45,365 bases of DNA from an uncultured Candidatus Bathyarchaeia archaeon (GCA_964346895.1 CAYFWY010000002.1:1-45365); one strand, 5' to 3'. Shown: positions 9,719 through 19,256, numbered from the stretch's first letter. Numbers and translations are program-made. The notes: generated by a model not told the origin, from the sequence alone.

Positions 9719-11251
9719 GGGATCGTTTTATCGAATAGTTTCCCCGAGAAAATAAGAATTTTTGACACCACCCTTAGAGATGGTGAACAAACACCTGGAG
9801 TTTCCCTAACTCCAGAAAACAAACTTAGAATCGCAAAAAGCCTAGACAAACTTGGAGTAGATGCTATCGAGGCTGGTTTCGCTGCGGCATCCGACGGAGA
9901 GATGAGCGCAATAAAACTCATAGCTAAAGCGGGGCTTAGAGCAGAGGTCTACAGTATGGCTAGAGCGGTAAAAAGAGATATAGATGCTGTGCTGGAAAGC
10001 GACGCCGAGGGAGTACATCTGGTTGTTCCTACATCAAATCTACACCTCGAATACAAACTGAAGAAAGATGAGAAAGAAGTCTTAAGATTAGCCGAGGATT
10101 GCACCCAATATGCCAAGGACCACCAACTCGCTGTTGAACTTTCGGCTGAAGACGCCACGAGAAGCGAACTAAGTTTTCTAACCAAAACATTTGATGCATG
10201 CATTTCTGCGGGTGCCGACAGAATTTGTCCATGCGACACCGTTGGAGTTTTGACACCAGAAAAAACTTATGAGCTATTCTCAAAGCTGAGGAATACATTT
10301 CCTCAAGTTCCAATAAGCGCTCACTGCCACAATGACTTTGGATTGGCTGTGGCAAACTCGATATCCGCCTTAAAAAGTGGAGCTGATGAAGTTCACGCTA
10401 CAATAAATGGGTTGGGAGAGAGAGCTGGAAATGCTTCCCTTGAAGAAATAGCTGTTGCCCTGAGGGCAGCCTACAAAGTGAAACTGTCGATAAAAACCGA
10501 GCGGTTGTATGACACATCAAGGCTGGTAGCGCGATTAACTGACTTTCCCCTCCAGCCAAACAAGGCAATCGTAGGAGAAAACGCCTTTGTTCACGAGTCA
10601 GGTATGCACACTCATGGTATATTGGCACATCCATTGACCTATGAACCAATTTCCCCCGAGTTAGTTGGACGTACTAGGCGACTGGCGTCTGGCAAACACG
10701 CTGGTTCTCATGGAATCAAAGCGTCTCTAAATGAAATGGGACTAAACCCAAGTGATGAGCAACTTCAAAAGGTCTTTTTGCAAGTGAAAACATTAGGAGA
10801 TAAAGGCAAGAAGGTCACCGATGCTGATTTGCAGACAATAGCGGAAACTGTAATGGGACTACCAAAAACCCGTTCAATAAAGCTTGAAGAGCTAACGGTT
10901 GTCACAGGAGACAGAGTTACCCCAACAGCTTCGGTGCGCTTAAGCCTAAACGGCAACGTGCTAACAGAAGCAGCTATTGGAGTAGGCCCAGTAGATGCAG
11001 CGATGAATGCTGTGAAGAAGGCTGTCTTAGCTGTTGACCCTATACAGCTGGAAAACTACTCTGTTAAAGCGATCACCGGAGGCACCGAAGCCGTCACTGA
11101 AGTTGCCGTTCAGTTGCGTAGAGGTAATAGAATAGCTACAGCCATAGGAGTTAATGATGATATAGTGATAGCGAGCATTCAGGCAATGCTGAGTGGCATG
11201 AATGTATTGATGACAGATTATAGCAAAGTTAAGTTAAAGGAGAAATCTTGA
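9719..11251 (+). CDS. cimA: (R)-citramalate / 2-isopropylmalate synthase family (CimA/LeuA); N-terminus lacks a canonical in-frame start
   Basis: My translation upstream of the ORF-track start (9902) gives '..FPEKIRIFDTTLRDGEQTPGVSLTPENKLRIAKSLDKLGVDAIEAGF'. This is very close to the remembered M. jannaschii CimA N-terminus. 'HCHNDFGLAVANS' and a C-terminal regulatory domain are present. The frame is open only from 9719 and has no ATG/GTG/TTG before the catalytic motif (see finding). Confidence 0.85.
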   Translation, partial: GIVLSNSFPEKIRIFDTTLRDGEQTPGVSLTPENKLRIAKSLDKLGVDAIEAGFAAASDGEMSAIKLIAKAGLRAEVYSMARAVKRDIDAVLESDAEGVHLVVPTSNLHLEYKLKKDEKEVLRLAEDCTQYAKDHQLAVELSAEDATRSELSFLTKTFDACISAGADRICPCDTVGVLTPEKTYELFSKLRNTFPQVPISAHCHNDFGLAVANSISALKSGADEVHATINGLGERAGNASLEEIAVALRAAYKVKLSIKTERLYDTSRLVARLTDFPLQPNKAIVGENAFVHESGMHTHGILAHPLTYEPISPELVGRTRRLASGKHAGSHGIKASLNEMGLNPSDEQLQKVFLQVKTLGDKGKKVTDADLQTIAETVMGLPKTRSIKLEELTVVTGDRVTPTASVRLSLNGNVLTEAAIGVGPVDAAMNAVKKAVLAVDPIQLENYSVKAITGGTEAVTEVAVQLRRGNRIATAIGVNDDIVIASIQAMLSGMNVLMTDYSKVKLKEKS

Positions 11252-12954
11252 AAATGGTCAGAATGTCTGGCGCAAAGGCCTTCGTAGAGGCTTTAGAACA
11301 ACAAAACGTAGAGGTAATATTCGGCATATCCGGAGGAGCTGTCATCCCCGTGCATGACGTTCTGCGCGACTCAAGAATAAGACACATTCTCACTCGCCAT
11401 GAACAATGCGCAGCCCATGCAGCTGATGGCTATGCCCGTGCCAGTGGACGACCTGGAGTATGCATGGCAACATCTGGGCCAGGAGCGACCAACCTGGTTA
11501 CAGGCATAGCTAACGCTTACTTGGACTCTTCGCCAGTCATCGCGTTCACCGGTCAGGTCAACACGTTTTCTACAATCTCGTCGTACATGATAGGCAGGGA
11601 CGCATTCCAAGAAGCTGACATAATTGGCATAACCACGCCCGTTACAAAGTATAATTGTCAGGTGAAAAAAGCCTCAGAGATTCCGAAAACCGTAAGGTTA
11701 GCTTTTCACATAGCTACAACAGGGAGACCCGGGCCAACTTTGGTCGATCTTCCAAAGAACGTTCAAACCGAAATCGATGAAATGGAATTTTCGGACAAAG
11801 TAGAGGTTCGAGGCTACAAACCCAAGACAGAGCCTCATCCAATCCAAGTAAAAAAAGCAGTCAAACTCCTCTTTGCGGCAAAGCAGCCGATTGTCTTGGC
11901 GGGTGGAGGAGTAATCATTTCAAATGCTACCCCTGAACTTCTAGAGCTGGCCGAGCTGATGATGATGCCTGTGGCAACAACTTTTATGGGAAAAGGAGGT
12001 TTCCCTGAAAATCATCCCCTCTCCCTTGGAAACGTGGGCATGCATGGAACTCATGCAGCAAATAAACTGATCTGCGAAGCCGATGTTCTTCTGGCGGTGG
12101 GAACGAGGTTCTCAGATAGAACCACTGGAACATTGGACCATTTTTGTTCCGATGCAAAGATAATTCACATTGATGTAGATGCAGCGGAAATCGGGAAAAA
12201 CGTGGAAGTTGACGTACCGATCGTAGCTGACGCAAAGGAGGCGCTAAGGGTAATTCGCCAATTGTTAGTTCATCGGTTAAAACAGAGGGAGAATTCTCCT
12301 TGGTTTATCAGAGTTAAAGAAGTTAAGGAGCAGTTTCAAAGTGAGATGGACCCCAGAGGTGGCGACTTGAAACCACCACTACTACTGAAAGAACTGCGAA
12401 AAATGCTGCCAGCTAATTCAATCCTGACTACTGAGGTGGGACAAAATCAGATGTGGGCGGCCCTGTACTTTAAGACGTATAAGCCTAGAACGTTCATTAG
12501 CTCAGGTGGCTTGGGAACAATGGGCTTCGGTTTCCCAGCAGCCCTTGGAGCCAAAGTTGCTTGTCCCAGAACTTTGGTTGTGGATATAGCTGGCGACGGA
12601 AGTTTCAGAATGACAGAACAAGAACTCGCATGTTCAGTCATGGAGAAAATTCCGGTGACGGTGATAATTTTGAACAATTCAATGCTGGGTATGGTTGCCC
12701 AGTGGCAGAGACTCTTCTACAACAGGAGATATTCCGCCGTGAAATTGGGAAGTTCCCCCGACTTTGTTAAGTTGGCTGAAGCCTATGGTGCCCAAGGCTT
12801 TCGTGCTGGATCACTAAAAGAGTTTTCTGAAGCTGTGAATAAAGCCTTGAAAAGTGAGGTTACTACAGTCATTGATGTTCCAATTTCTCCTGAAGAAAAC
12901 GTGTTTCCAATGGTTCCAGCAGGCAAGGGTCTCAAAGATACAATTTCAGGGTGA
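11248..12954 (+). CDS. ilvB: Acetolactate synthase large (catalytic) subunit, ThDP-dependent
   Basis: 'GAKAFVEALEQQNVEVIFGISGGAV', 'GPGATNLVTGIANAYLDSSPV', 'GLGTMGFGFPAALGAK', 'GDGSFRMTEQEL'. Start overlaps the cimA stop. Confidence 0.9.
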   Translation: MKMVRMSGAKAFVEALEQQNVEVIFGISGGAVIPVHDVLRDSRIRHILTRHEQCAAHAADGYARASGRPGVCMATSGPGATNLVTGIANAYLDSSPVIAFTGQVNTFSTISSYMIGRDAFQEADIIGITTPVTKYNCQVKKASEIPKTVRLAFHIATTGRPGPTLVDLPKNVQTEIDEMEFSDKVEVRGYKPKTEPHPIQVKKAVKLLFAAKQPIVLAGGGVIISNATPELLELAELMMMPVATTFMGKGGFPENHPLSLGNVGMHGTHAANKLICEADVLLAVGTRFSDRTTGTLDHFCSDAKIIHIDVDAAEIGKNVEVDVPIVADAKEALRVIRQLLVHRLKQRENSPWFIRVKEVKEQFQSEMDPRGGDLKPPLLLKELRKMLPANSILTTEVGQNQMWAALYFKTYKPRTFISSGGLGTMGFGFPAALGAKVACPRTLVVDIAGDGSFRMTEQELACSVMEKIPVTVIILNNSMLGMVAQWQRLFYNRRYSAVKLGSSPDFVKLAEAYGAQGFRAGSLKEFSEAVNKALKSEVTTVIDVPISPEENVFPMVPAGKGLKDTISG

Positions 12955-13469
12955 CTGTAATGGCAAAGGAAAAAAATCATATAATATCCACTATCGTTGA
13001 ACATAAACCAGGTGTGCTTTATATTGTTGCAAATCTGTTCAGGCGCAGAGGATTCAACATAGAAAGCATCTCTGTAGGGTCTACAGAACAAAGCGAACTA
13101 GCTAGAATGACTATTACAGTTAAAGGAGACGAAAGAACCATCGAGCAAGTGATTAAGCAGCTGAACAAGTTAGTCGATGTCATAAAGGTAAGTAAGTTGG
13201 ATCCAGCCAACATTGTTATAAGGGAACTAGCTCTAATCAAAGTACGCGCGTTGGACACCAAAGTCAGATCGGATGTAATCAACTACGCTGACATCTTTAG
13301 GGCGCGAGTGGTTGACGTTTCCTCCGAATCGTTGATGGTGGAGATCACGGGAACTTCAGATAAGATAACCGCCTTCCTTGATTTGATGAGACCCTTCGGT
13401 GTGAAAGAGATCGCTAGAACCGGAGTAACTGCCCTCTCCCGAGGAGTTAAATCCCTTAGAATCGAGTAA
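12951..13469 (+). CDS. ilvN: Acetolactate synthase small (regulatory, ACT-domain) subunit
   Basis: '[36 protein letters not shown]....RMTI' is the typical IlvH/IlvN ACT domain. Overlaps the ilvB stop. ATG 12960 is an alternative start. Confidence 0.85.
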   Translation: MTVMAKEKNHIISTIVEHKPGVLYIVANLFRRRGFNIESISVGSTEQSELARMTITVKGDERTIEQVIKQLNKLVDVIKVSKLDPANIVIRELALIKVRALDTKVRSDVINYADIFRARVVDVSSESLMVEITGTSDKITAFLDLMRPFGVKEIARTGVTALSRGVKSLRIE

Positions 13470-14476
13470 TGACTGGTGGCTTTCAATTGGTGAAAGTATA
13501 TTACGACAAAGATGTAAGTTTAGATCTCTTAAAGAACAAAACTATAGCCGTAATTGGTTACGGAAGTCAAGGATACGCTCAAGCTCAAAACATGAGAGAT
13601 TCGGGTTTGAACGTTGTAGTGGGTTTGAGACCTGAAGGTAAATCGTGGAACGGAGCCAAAAAAGATGGCTTTGAAGTTTATTCAGTTTCTGAAGCAGCTG
13701 AAAAAGGTGACATAATCCATATGTTGATTCCAGATTTGGAGCAGCCGGCGGTTTACAGGGACCATGTGGATCCTCAATTGACATCCGGAAAAATTCTAGG
13801 TTTTGCCCATGGATTCAACATACATTTTAAGCAGATTACTCCACCGTCGAATGTTGATGTTGTTATGGTTGCTCCAAAAAGCCCAGGATTCAAGGTTAGA
13901 GATATGTATCTTGATGGCTTTGGAGTACCAGCGTTAATCGCAGTCTACCAAGACTATTCGGGTCAAGCGAAGAGAATCGCCTTGTCCATGGCTAAAGGTC
14001 TTGGATGCACTAAAGCCGGTGTCCTAGAAACATCATTTAAGGAAGAGACAGAAAGCGACCTCGTGGGTGAACAAACTGTGCTCATTGGTGGCTTAATTGA
14101 ACTCATCAAAACGGGCTTTGAGGTCCTTGTGGAAGCAGGGTATCAACCAGAACTTGCGTACTTCGAAGCTTGCAACGAGGCGAAACTGATAATGGATCTA
14201 ATTTATCAGGGAGGATTTACGGGCATGCTTAAAGCGGTCTCGAAAACAGCAAACTACGGTGGATTAGTCGTTGGACCTAAAGTCATTGACGAACACGTGA
14301 AGGAGAACATGAGAAAAGCAGTTAGGGACGTCCAAAGCGGTAAGTTTGCAAAAGAATGGATTAAAGAGAGAGAAACAGGTGAAAGAAAAATGAATACTTT
14401 ACTAAAGAAAATTGAGGATCATCAAATCGAGAAGGTAGGTAGGTTCATTAGAAAAACTGCTGGAATTGAAAAATAG
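13469..14476 (+). CDS. ilvC: Ketol-acid reductoisomerase
   Basis: '[29 protein letters not shown]', '[10 protein letters not shown]', '[16 protein letters not shown]'. Start overlaps the ilvN stop. Confidence 0.95.
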   Translation: MTGGFQLVKVYYDKDVSLDLLKNKTIAVIGYGSQGYAQAQNMRDSGLNVVVGLRPEGKSWNGAKKDGFEVYSVSEAAEKGDIIHMLIPDLEQPAVYRDHVDPQLTSGKILGFAHGFNIHFKQITPPSNVDVVMVAPKSPGFKVRDMYLDGFGVPALIAVYQDYSGQAKRIALSMAKGLGCTKAGVLETSFKEETESDLVGEQTVLIGGLIELIKTGFEVLVEAGYQPELAYFEACNEAKLIMDLIYQGGFTGMLKAVSKTANYGGLVVGPKVIDEHVKENMRKAVRDVQSGKFAKEWIKERETGERKMNTLLKKIEDHQIEKVGRFIRKTAGIEK

Positions 14477-14597
14477 ACAGCTCACGAACCTTACTCTTTT
14501 TCTATGAGTGCCACGTGACTCACAGAACATATCAAAATCAGGAATGTTATGATTCCTAGAGGATGGTATTTATAGAAAAAATTAACATTGTGTTCTA

Positions 14598-14909
14598 GTG
14601 ATAGAAATGCAGTTTACTAAGGTTCCAGAGCCTCCAATATTGCATGGCGAAGAAGCAATTGCGGCTCTTACAAATTTCGTAGGCGAGCTTGAGAAACAGA
14701 GAGATAAAGAATTGACAGAAGAACAAACCACCGTTTTGACAAAGTTCGCTAAGGGACTAATTTCTTCAATTAAGGCAGAAAAACGATTCAAAAAAACTTC
14801 AGACAAAGCCGTCAAACAAACAGGTTTTGTAAGCCAGCTCAAGAAAACAATTTCAAAATACATTTCAGAACCATTCCGATCCCACGAAAAGTGTAGGCCA
14901 TGGAAGTGA
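14598..14909 (+). CDS. Hypothetical protein
   Basis: ORF only. ATG 14607 is a likely start. No recognisable motif. Confidence 0.4.
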   Translation: MIEMQFTKVPEPPILHGEEAIAALTNFVGELEKQRDKELTEEQTTVLTKFAKGLISSIKAEKRFKKTSDKAVKQTGFVSQLKKTISKYISEPFRSHEKCRPWK

Positions 14910-14914
14910 AGTAG

Positions 14915-15151
14915 ATGAGGAGTTCTTTTGAAATAATTGCGGAAATATTAAAAGTTTCAAAGCATGGAGCAAAAAAGACACGTATTATGTATTCGTGCGG
15001 ACTTAGTTACAGATTTGTCGAAAAATACATCACTTTACTACTAGAAAATGGCCTTCTCAAAATCGGAAATTCCTATCATACAACCGAGAAAGGTATGCGA
15101 TTCCTTCGAGACTATCAAACCATGGAACTTCTCCTGAAAACAAGAAACTGA
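14915..15151 (+). CDS. Small winged-helix DNA-binding protein (archaeal HTH_45-like)
   Basis: 'FEIIAEILKV...KKTRIMYSCGLSYRFVEKYITLLLENGLL....YHTTEKGMRFL'. Same architecture as the paralog at 42949..43263. Confidence 0.6.
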   Translation: MRSSFEIIAEILKVSKHGAKKTRIMYSCGLSYRFVEKYITLLLENGLLKIGNSYHTTEKGMRFLRDYQTMELLLKTRN

Positions 15152-15250
15152 AACCGACAACATTCTATACTTGAATCATCTAAAACATAAGCTCGAATCT
15201 TAAAAAAGTCAAAGCACGTAGAACCTGAAATACAGTCATTCTCTCATTTT

Positions 15251-15264
15251 ATGCGCGCGCGCAT
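15251..15264. repeat. Alternating GC palindrome ATGCGCGCGCGCAT (perfect 14-mer)
   Basis: Read directly. Lies at or before the start of ORF 15251..15580. Confidence 0.9.
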
Positions 15265-15580
15265 AATTAGTGCCATCACATCGTTGATTCCTGTGATAAT
15301 AATTCTAGTCAGCATAATCCTATTAAGTGGACTTATAACGTCGTTCGCAAACGCTATAGGAGGAGAAGCAGTGCCCCAACAGATAGATGAAATGATTAGA
15401 GAAATGGCGTCATCACCAATAATGGGAGAATATAGCGATACCCTTGACTCCTACGGAATCTTACGCGTATTCTGGGGTCTAGGTATAGGCGCATATATGT
15501 TCATTGCCGCGGCAGTAACAAAACTTGCAGCCGGGATATTTGTAAGGAGAGCCATTGTTCCTGAGAAGCAAGAAATATAG
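15251..15580 (+). CDS. Small membrane/secreted protein (N-terminal signal/anchor, C-terminal TM followed by RR)
   Basis: Hydrophobic N-terminus 'ISAITSLIPVIIILVSIILLSGLITSFANA' and C-terminal 'GLGIGAYMFIAAAVTKLAAGIFVRR'. The annotated ATG is itself part of the ATGCGCGCGCGCAT palindrome, so the start is uncertain. Confidence 0.45.
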   Translation: MRARIISAITSLIPVIIILVSIILLSGLITSFANAIGGEAVPQQIDEMIREMASSPIMGEYSDTLDSYGILRVFWGLGIGAYMFIAAAVTKLAAGIFVRRAIVPEKQEI

Positions 15581-15692
15581 AAAGAGTAGAAAAGTTAATA
15601 GCCTACTATGACTCAGCCTCTTCGGCATCGAGATTCCCTTAATTGTGGAAAGTGTCTCAAAACACCAAAATATCAAGAGGCGACCACAGGCA

Positions 15693-17738
15693 ATGCTGAT
15701 CCGAGAGATCATCTTGGAAAACTTCATGTCCTACGAATATGCTAGGATACCTTTTAAACCAGGCGTCAATGTTGTCTGTGGACCCAACGGCTCAGGTAAA
15801 TCGTCAATGCTCATTGGAATTTCGGTCACACTGGGCCAATCCTACACAGAACGCTCTAAGAAATTAAGTGACCTTATCCGAAGGGGAAAAGATCAGGGAA
15901 GAGTGACTTTAGTCCTGGACAACTCTTCAAAAAGTGGGCGCCGACCATATCCTAGGATTAAGAAAGACCAGATCTTTTTGACAAGAAGTTTGAGGTTAGA
16001 TGGAAAATACTGGTTCGAACTGGAAAACAGAGCTGCAACTACGGCTGAAGTTAGACGGCTTCTCTCTAAGTTCGGAGTTGACCCTGAAAACATGCTCATT
16101 ATAATGCACCAGAATATGGTGGAACAATTCACGGTGCTCTCTCCTCAGGAAAAACTACGGATAGTTGAAGCTGCGGTTGGCTTCGAATCCTATCGCAAAA
16201 ACGTCTTGAAAGCCCAGAAGAAATTAAGTCGCATTTTGAGCCAAGAGGAATCCGTGGAAAAACTACTCGCTTCAGCTGAACAAACCCTAACCTACTGGAG
16301 AGAACAATATGATCGGTTACAAAAGAAAAAGCAACTTAGAATGAAACGGCGATTTCTTGAACGAGAATTAGCATGGACTGAAGTTTTAAAAAGAGAGAAA
16401 ATTGTCAACGAGCTGAAGGAGAAAATCCAAAAGAAACAGAACGAGATCCTGCAAGTCGAAAACGAAACAAAAATCATTAATGACCAATTGAAAGAACTTC
16501 AGAGAAAACTAGAAAAAACGAAGAACGAATGGCGAGGACTTTTTGAAGAACGATTGGTCTTGGAGCGTAAAAAGGCGAATTATGAATCAAAAATTTCAAT
16601 GGCTGAACAATCTTTGAAGGAAACAGAATCTTGGGCTGAAATCAGTCATAAAGAAATGGAGAGGCATCTAGATAAAATTAGATTGCTGGAAAATATACTC
16701 CGTGAAAACACCAATCCTATCGATTTCAAAAATCAACTAACCGAAATCGAGGCAACCTACAAAAATCTTGAGAGCACATGGACTCAGCGGTTCACCATCG
16801 AAAGCGAAAGGTTAGAAAAAGAGGTTAAAAACTCTAAAGAACATCTTGTAAAATTGGATTTCCAGATCACTGATGTCAAAGTAAAGACAGATCATCTTGA
16901 TCTAGAAATTGAGGGCGTATCTAGTGATGTTTTAAACCGCAAGATCAACAATGCCTTGCTACAGTATCGAAAAGAAGATCTTTCGAAAGTTTTGAAGAAG
17001 CTGAGTAAGGAGCTCCAAAGTGCAAACGCCGATTTTAGGGAAAGTATGAGAAGAGCTGAAGAAATGGGGCCTCGAATCGTGCCCGTGAAAAGTGACATTG
17101 AGATTCTAGATGAGATTCGGGTAACGGATGGATATCTCGCCGCCCTGGCTGACGTTTCCGAAGATATCGAACGCATGTATGAATCCTATTCCAAACTGTA
17201 TCTAGAGCTAAAGGAAAAAGCACGCTTGGTGGCGGAAAATCGCGAAAAGGCTATGGAAGAGGTAAAAACTAGAATGGAAGCGTGGAAAAGAGTTATTAAA
17301 AACCTTCTGGGTCGCGTTAATGTCAAATATCGAGGAATTCTCCTAGAGGCCCACGCGATCGGAGGCGTTCGATTGGTAAATGAACACGATATTGAAGCAG
17401 CTGGCCTTGAAATATTTGTTGGTTTCAAAGGAGGGAAACCAGTTCCTCTTAACGTTTATACTCAAAGCGGAGGAGAAAGAAGCACTGCTACCATGACTTT
17501 TCTACTAGCTCTACAGCAACATGTCAAATCTCCTTTCAGAGCTGTCGACGAATATGACGTTCACATGGACCCTAAAAACAAGGAAATTATAGCAAATCTC
17601 CTTGTTTCTTCAGTTAGGAATTTAGACGTTCAATACTTGGCCATCACACCTAGTCAAGTGACCTTTACAGGAAAGGATGTTCACATCATAACAGTTCAAA
17701 ATGTAGAGGGAGCGTCGCTCATCAAGGAGGTATCTTGA
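15693..17738 (+). CDS. Short-armed SMC-family ATPase with Smc5/6-like head motifs
   Basis: N-terminus 'MLIREIILENFMSYEYARIPFKPGVNVVCGPNGSGKSS' (Walker A). 'IIMHQNMVEQF..SPQEKLRIVEAAVG' (Q-loop region). About 350 aa of K/E/L-rich coiled coil. C-terminus 'QSGGERSTATMTFLLALQQHVKSPFRAVDEYDVHMDPKNK...YLAITPS' (signature plus Walker B). ATG 15693 is preferred over the GTG at 15645. Confidence 0.8.
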   Translation: MLIREIILENFMSYEYARIPFKPGVNVVCGPNGSGKSSMLIGISVTLGQSYTERSKKLSDLIRRGKDQGRVTLVLDNSSKSGRRPYPRIKKDQIFLTRSLRLDGKYWFELENRAATTAEVRRLLSKFGVDPENMLIIMHQNMVEQFTVLSPQEKLRIVEAAVGFESYRKNVLKAQKKLSRILSQEESVEKLLASAEQTLTYWREQYDRLQKKKQLRMKRRFLERELAWTEVLKREKIVNELKEKIQKKQNEILQVENETKIINDQLKELQRKLEKTKNEWRGLFEERLVLERKKANYESKISMAEQSLKETESWAEISHKEMERHLDKIRLLENILRENTNPIDFKNQLTEIEATYKNLESTWTQRFTIESERLEKEVKNSKEHLVKLDFQITDVKVKTDHLDLEIEGVSSDVLNRKINNALLQYRKEDLSKVLKKLSKELQSANADFRESMRRAEEMGPRIVPVKSDIEILDEIRVTDGYLAALADVSEDIERMYESYSKLYLELKEKARLVAENREKAMEEVKTRMEAWKRVIKNLLGRVNVKYRGILLEAHAIGGVRLVNEHDIEAAGLEIFVGFKGGKPVPLNVYTQSGGERSTATMTFLLALQQHVKSPFRAVDEYDVHMDPKNKEIIANLLVSSVRNLDVQYLAITPSQVTFTGKDVHIITVQNVEGASLIKEVS

Positions 17739-18551
17739 TTGCCCTCGAAAATGAAAAAGCAAGGTAGCGAATATCTTCAACGCGTCATCAGTATGTGCAA
17801 ATCTATTGAAGAAAGAAGTCTCGATCCGTTTAATGTAGATGTTGATGACATCCTAGCAGTTATTCAAAAATATTTCCCTGAATGGAAATCGCTGGAAGAA
17901 ATCTGCCTAGACGCCGAAGCCATCCATCAACTCGCATCAATAATTAAACTTCAAGGAGATTGGGTTAAACATCGATCAACTTCTCTTTACACGGACCCCT
18001 TTCTCCTCCAAGAAAAAATACAGATATTGGGTAAGGAAGAGCTTGCCACAATTTTTCTAGAAGCTTGGCATCCAATCGTCGAATTGGAACAGATTTCCCT
18101 TCTTAGTATAGCCGAAGCCACTAAATACTGGCGGAGTCTTCTTCCTCTAAGTGAGAGATGGTTAAACAGTGGTTCCTTGGAAACGGAAATTGGAGCTACC
18201 TCGCGCGAAGAATTGATTAAGCTAAAAATACTGACTGATAAATCATTCTTAGAAGAGTTGGAAGTCTTCTGGGAAGAATTAAAGCACAGAGTTGGTGGAA
18301 AAGAAAAAATTCTATACTGGAATTTCATCGGCGCTGACACATATCCTGAAACGGTAAAGAAAGCGTATATGACAAGTTTTCTCGTAACCTATGGATACGC
18401 TACCTTAGAACTGTATCCCTTGGAGGAAGAGATCTACATCAAACCCTTTGAGAAACCACGGCCTATGCTAGGAAAAAAGCAGATGGTTTCCATTCCAGTT
18501 TCCATCAGCTTTGAAGAATGGACGAACTGGAAAGGAGACAAACAGAATTGA
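17739..18551 (+). CDS. Kleisin-like protein (ScpA/Nse4-like)
   Basis: Starts immediately after the SMC stop (TGA 17736-17738 then TTG 17739; ATG 17751 is an alternative), with AAGGAGG at about 17723. N-terminus 'LDPFNVDVDDILAVIQKYF...AIHQLASIIKLQ' and C-terminus 'AYMTSFLVTYGYATLELYPLEEEIYIKPF' follow the ScpA N-helical/C-winged-helix pattern as I remember it. Confidence 0.55.
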   Translation: MPSKMKKQGSEYLQRVISMCKSIEERSLDPFNVDVDDILAVIQKYFPEWKSLEEICLDAEAIHQLASIIKLQGDWVKHRSTSLYTDPFLLQEKIQILGKEELATIFLEAWHPIVELEQISLLSIAEATKYWRSLLPLSERWLNSGSLETEIGATSREELIKLKILTDKSFLEELEVFWEELKHRVGGKEKILYWNFIGADTYPETVKKAYMTSFLVTYGYATLELYPLEEEIYIKPFEKPRPMLGKKQMVSIPVSISFEEWTNWKGDKQN

Positions 18552-19108
18552 AAAGAAAAGCATACTACTCAGGAAAAATCAAGAGGGCAACCCACCTTCT
18601 CTTTTATAGACGTCACAGAAAGCCTGGCGTTAAGGGATGGGAACTAAGAAAGAAACTGGGGTCAGATTACCCGAAAGTACTTAAAATACTTGATAGCCAT
18701 CTGGAAAAGCTTGATCTGCAGGTAAAAACCGTTTTTGAGGAAGAGAAAACCGTTGAAGAGCCAACTCGCGAACAGTTGGATAAGGCTCGATTCTATATAA
18801 CTCTGAGGGGAGGATTATCCCCAAAAGAAACTAAGATGATGGGCTGGCGCATAGATGACATAGCTGGTTTAGCCACAGCAATCTCTTATATCATAGCAAA
18901 GAAAGGAAAGGCTCCCCGCAAGGAAGTAGAAGAACTCCTACGAAACAAGCTTCCGGGCTGGAGGGTTGATATAAACTTGAATAGTTACATTCGATCTGGA
19001 TACCTAGCTGAGGATGAAGCCAAACAACTTTATCTAGACTGGAGAACCCGAGCTGAAATCGACCAGAAAGCACTCATTGATTTACTTTTGTCAAAAGAAA
19101 AGATCTAG
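18518..19108 (+). CDS. Tandem winged-helix 'kite'-like protein (ScpB/Nse3-MAGE-like)
   Basis: Overlaps the kleisin gene by 34 nt. 'ATHLLFYRRHRKPGVKGWELRKKLGSDYPKVLKILDSHLEKLDLQVKTVFEEE' and 'SYIRSGYLAEDEAKQLYLDWRTRAEIDQKAL' resemble the two WH halves of MAGE/Nse3. Motif-level resemblance from memory. Confidence 0.5.
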   Translation: MDELERRQTELKRKAYYSGKIKRATHLLFYRRHRKPGVKGWELRKKLGSDYPKVLKILDSHLEKLDLQVKTVFEEEKTVEEPTREQLDKARFYITLRGGLSPKETKMMGWRIDDIAGLATAISYIIAKKGKAPRKEVEELLRNKLPGWRVDINLNSYIRSGYLAEDEAKQLYLDWRTRAEIDQKALIDLLLSKEKI

Positions 19109-19256
19109 ATGGTTCTTCTTGGCGTGTGCACAGTAGTCGACATTGCATACATGGAGTATTAGCAAGGCTCTAAATACGATTGGACTACCGTCATGATACT
19201 TCAATATATAGCAAAGGCATTTGCTGAAAGAACCTAAATCTTACGCGCCCTTGTGT

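Noticed and set aside
15251-15253. ATG of the ATGCGCGCGCGCAT palindrome used as the start codon of the membrane ORF
   Set aside because: I kept these as the annotated coordinates, but other copies of the same palindrome are clearly non-coding. The true start may therefore be downstream, for example the in-frame GTG near 15296.
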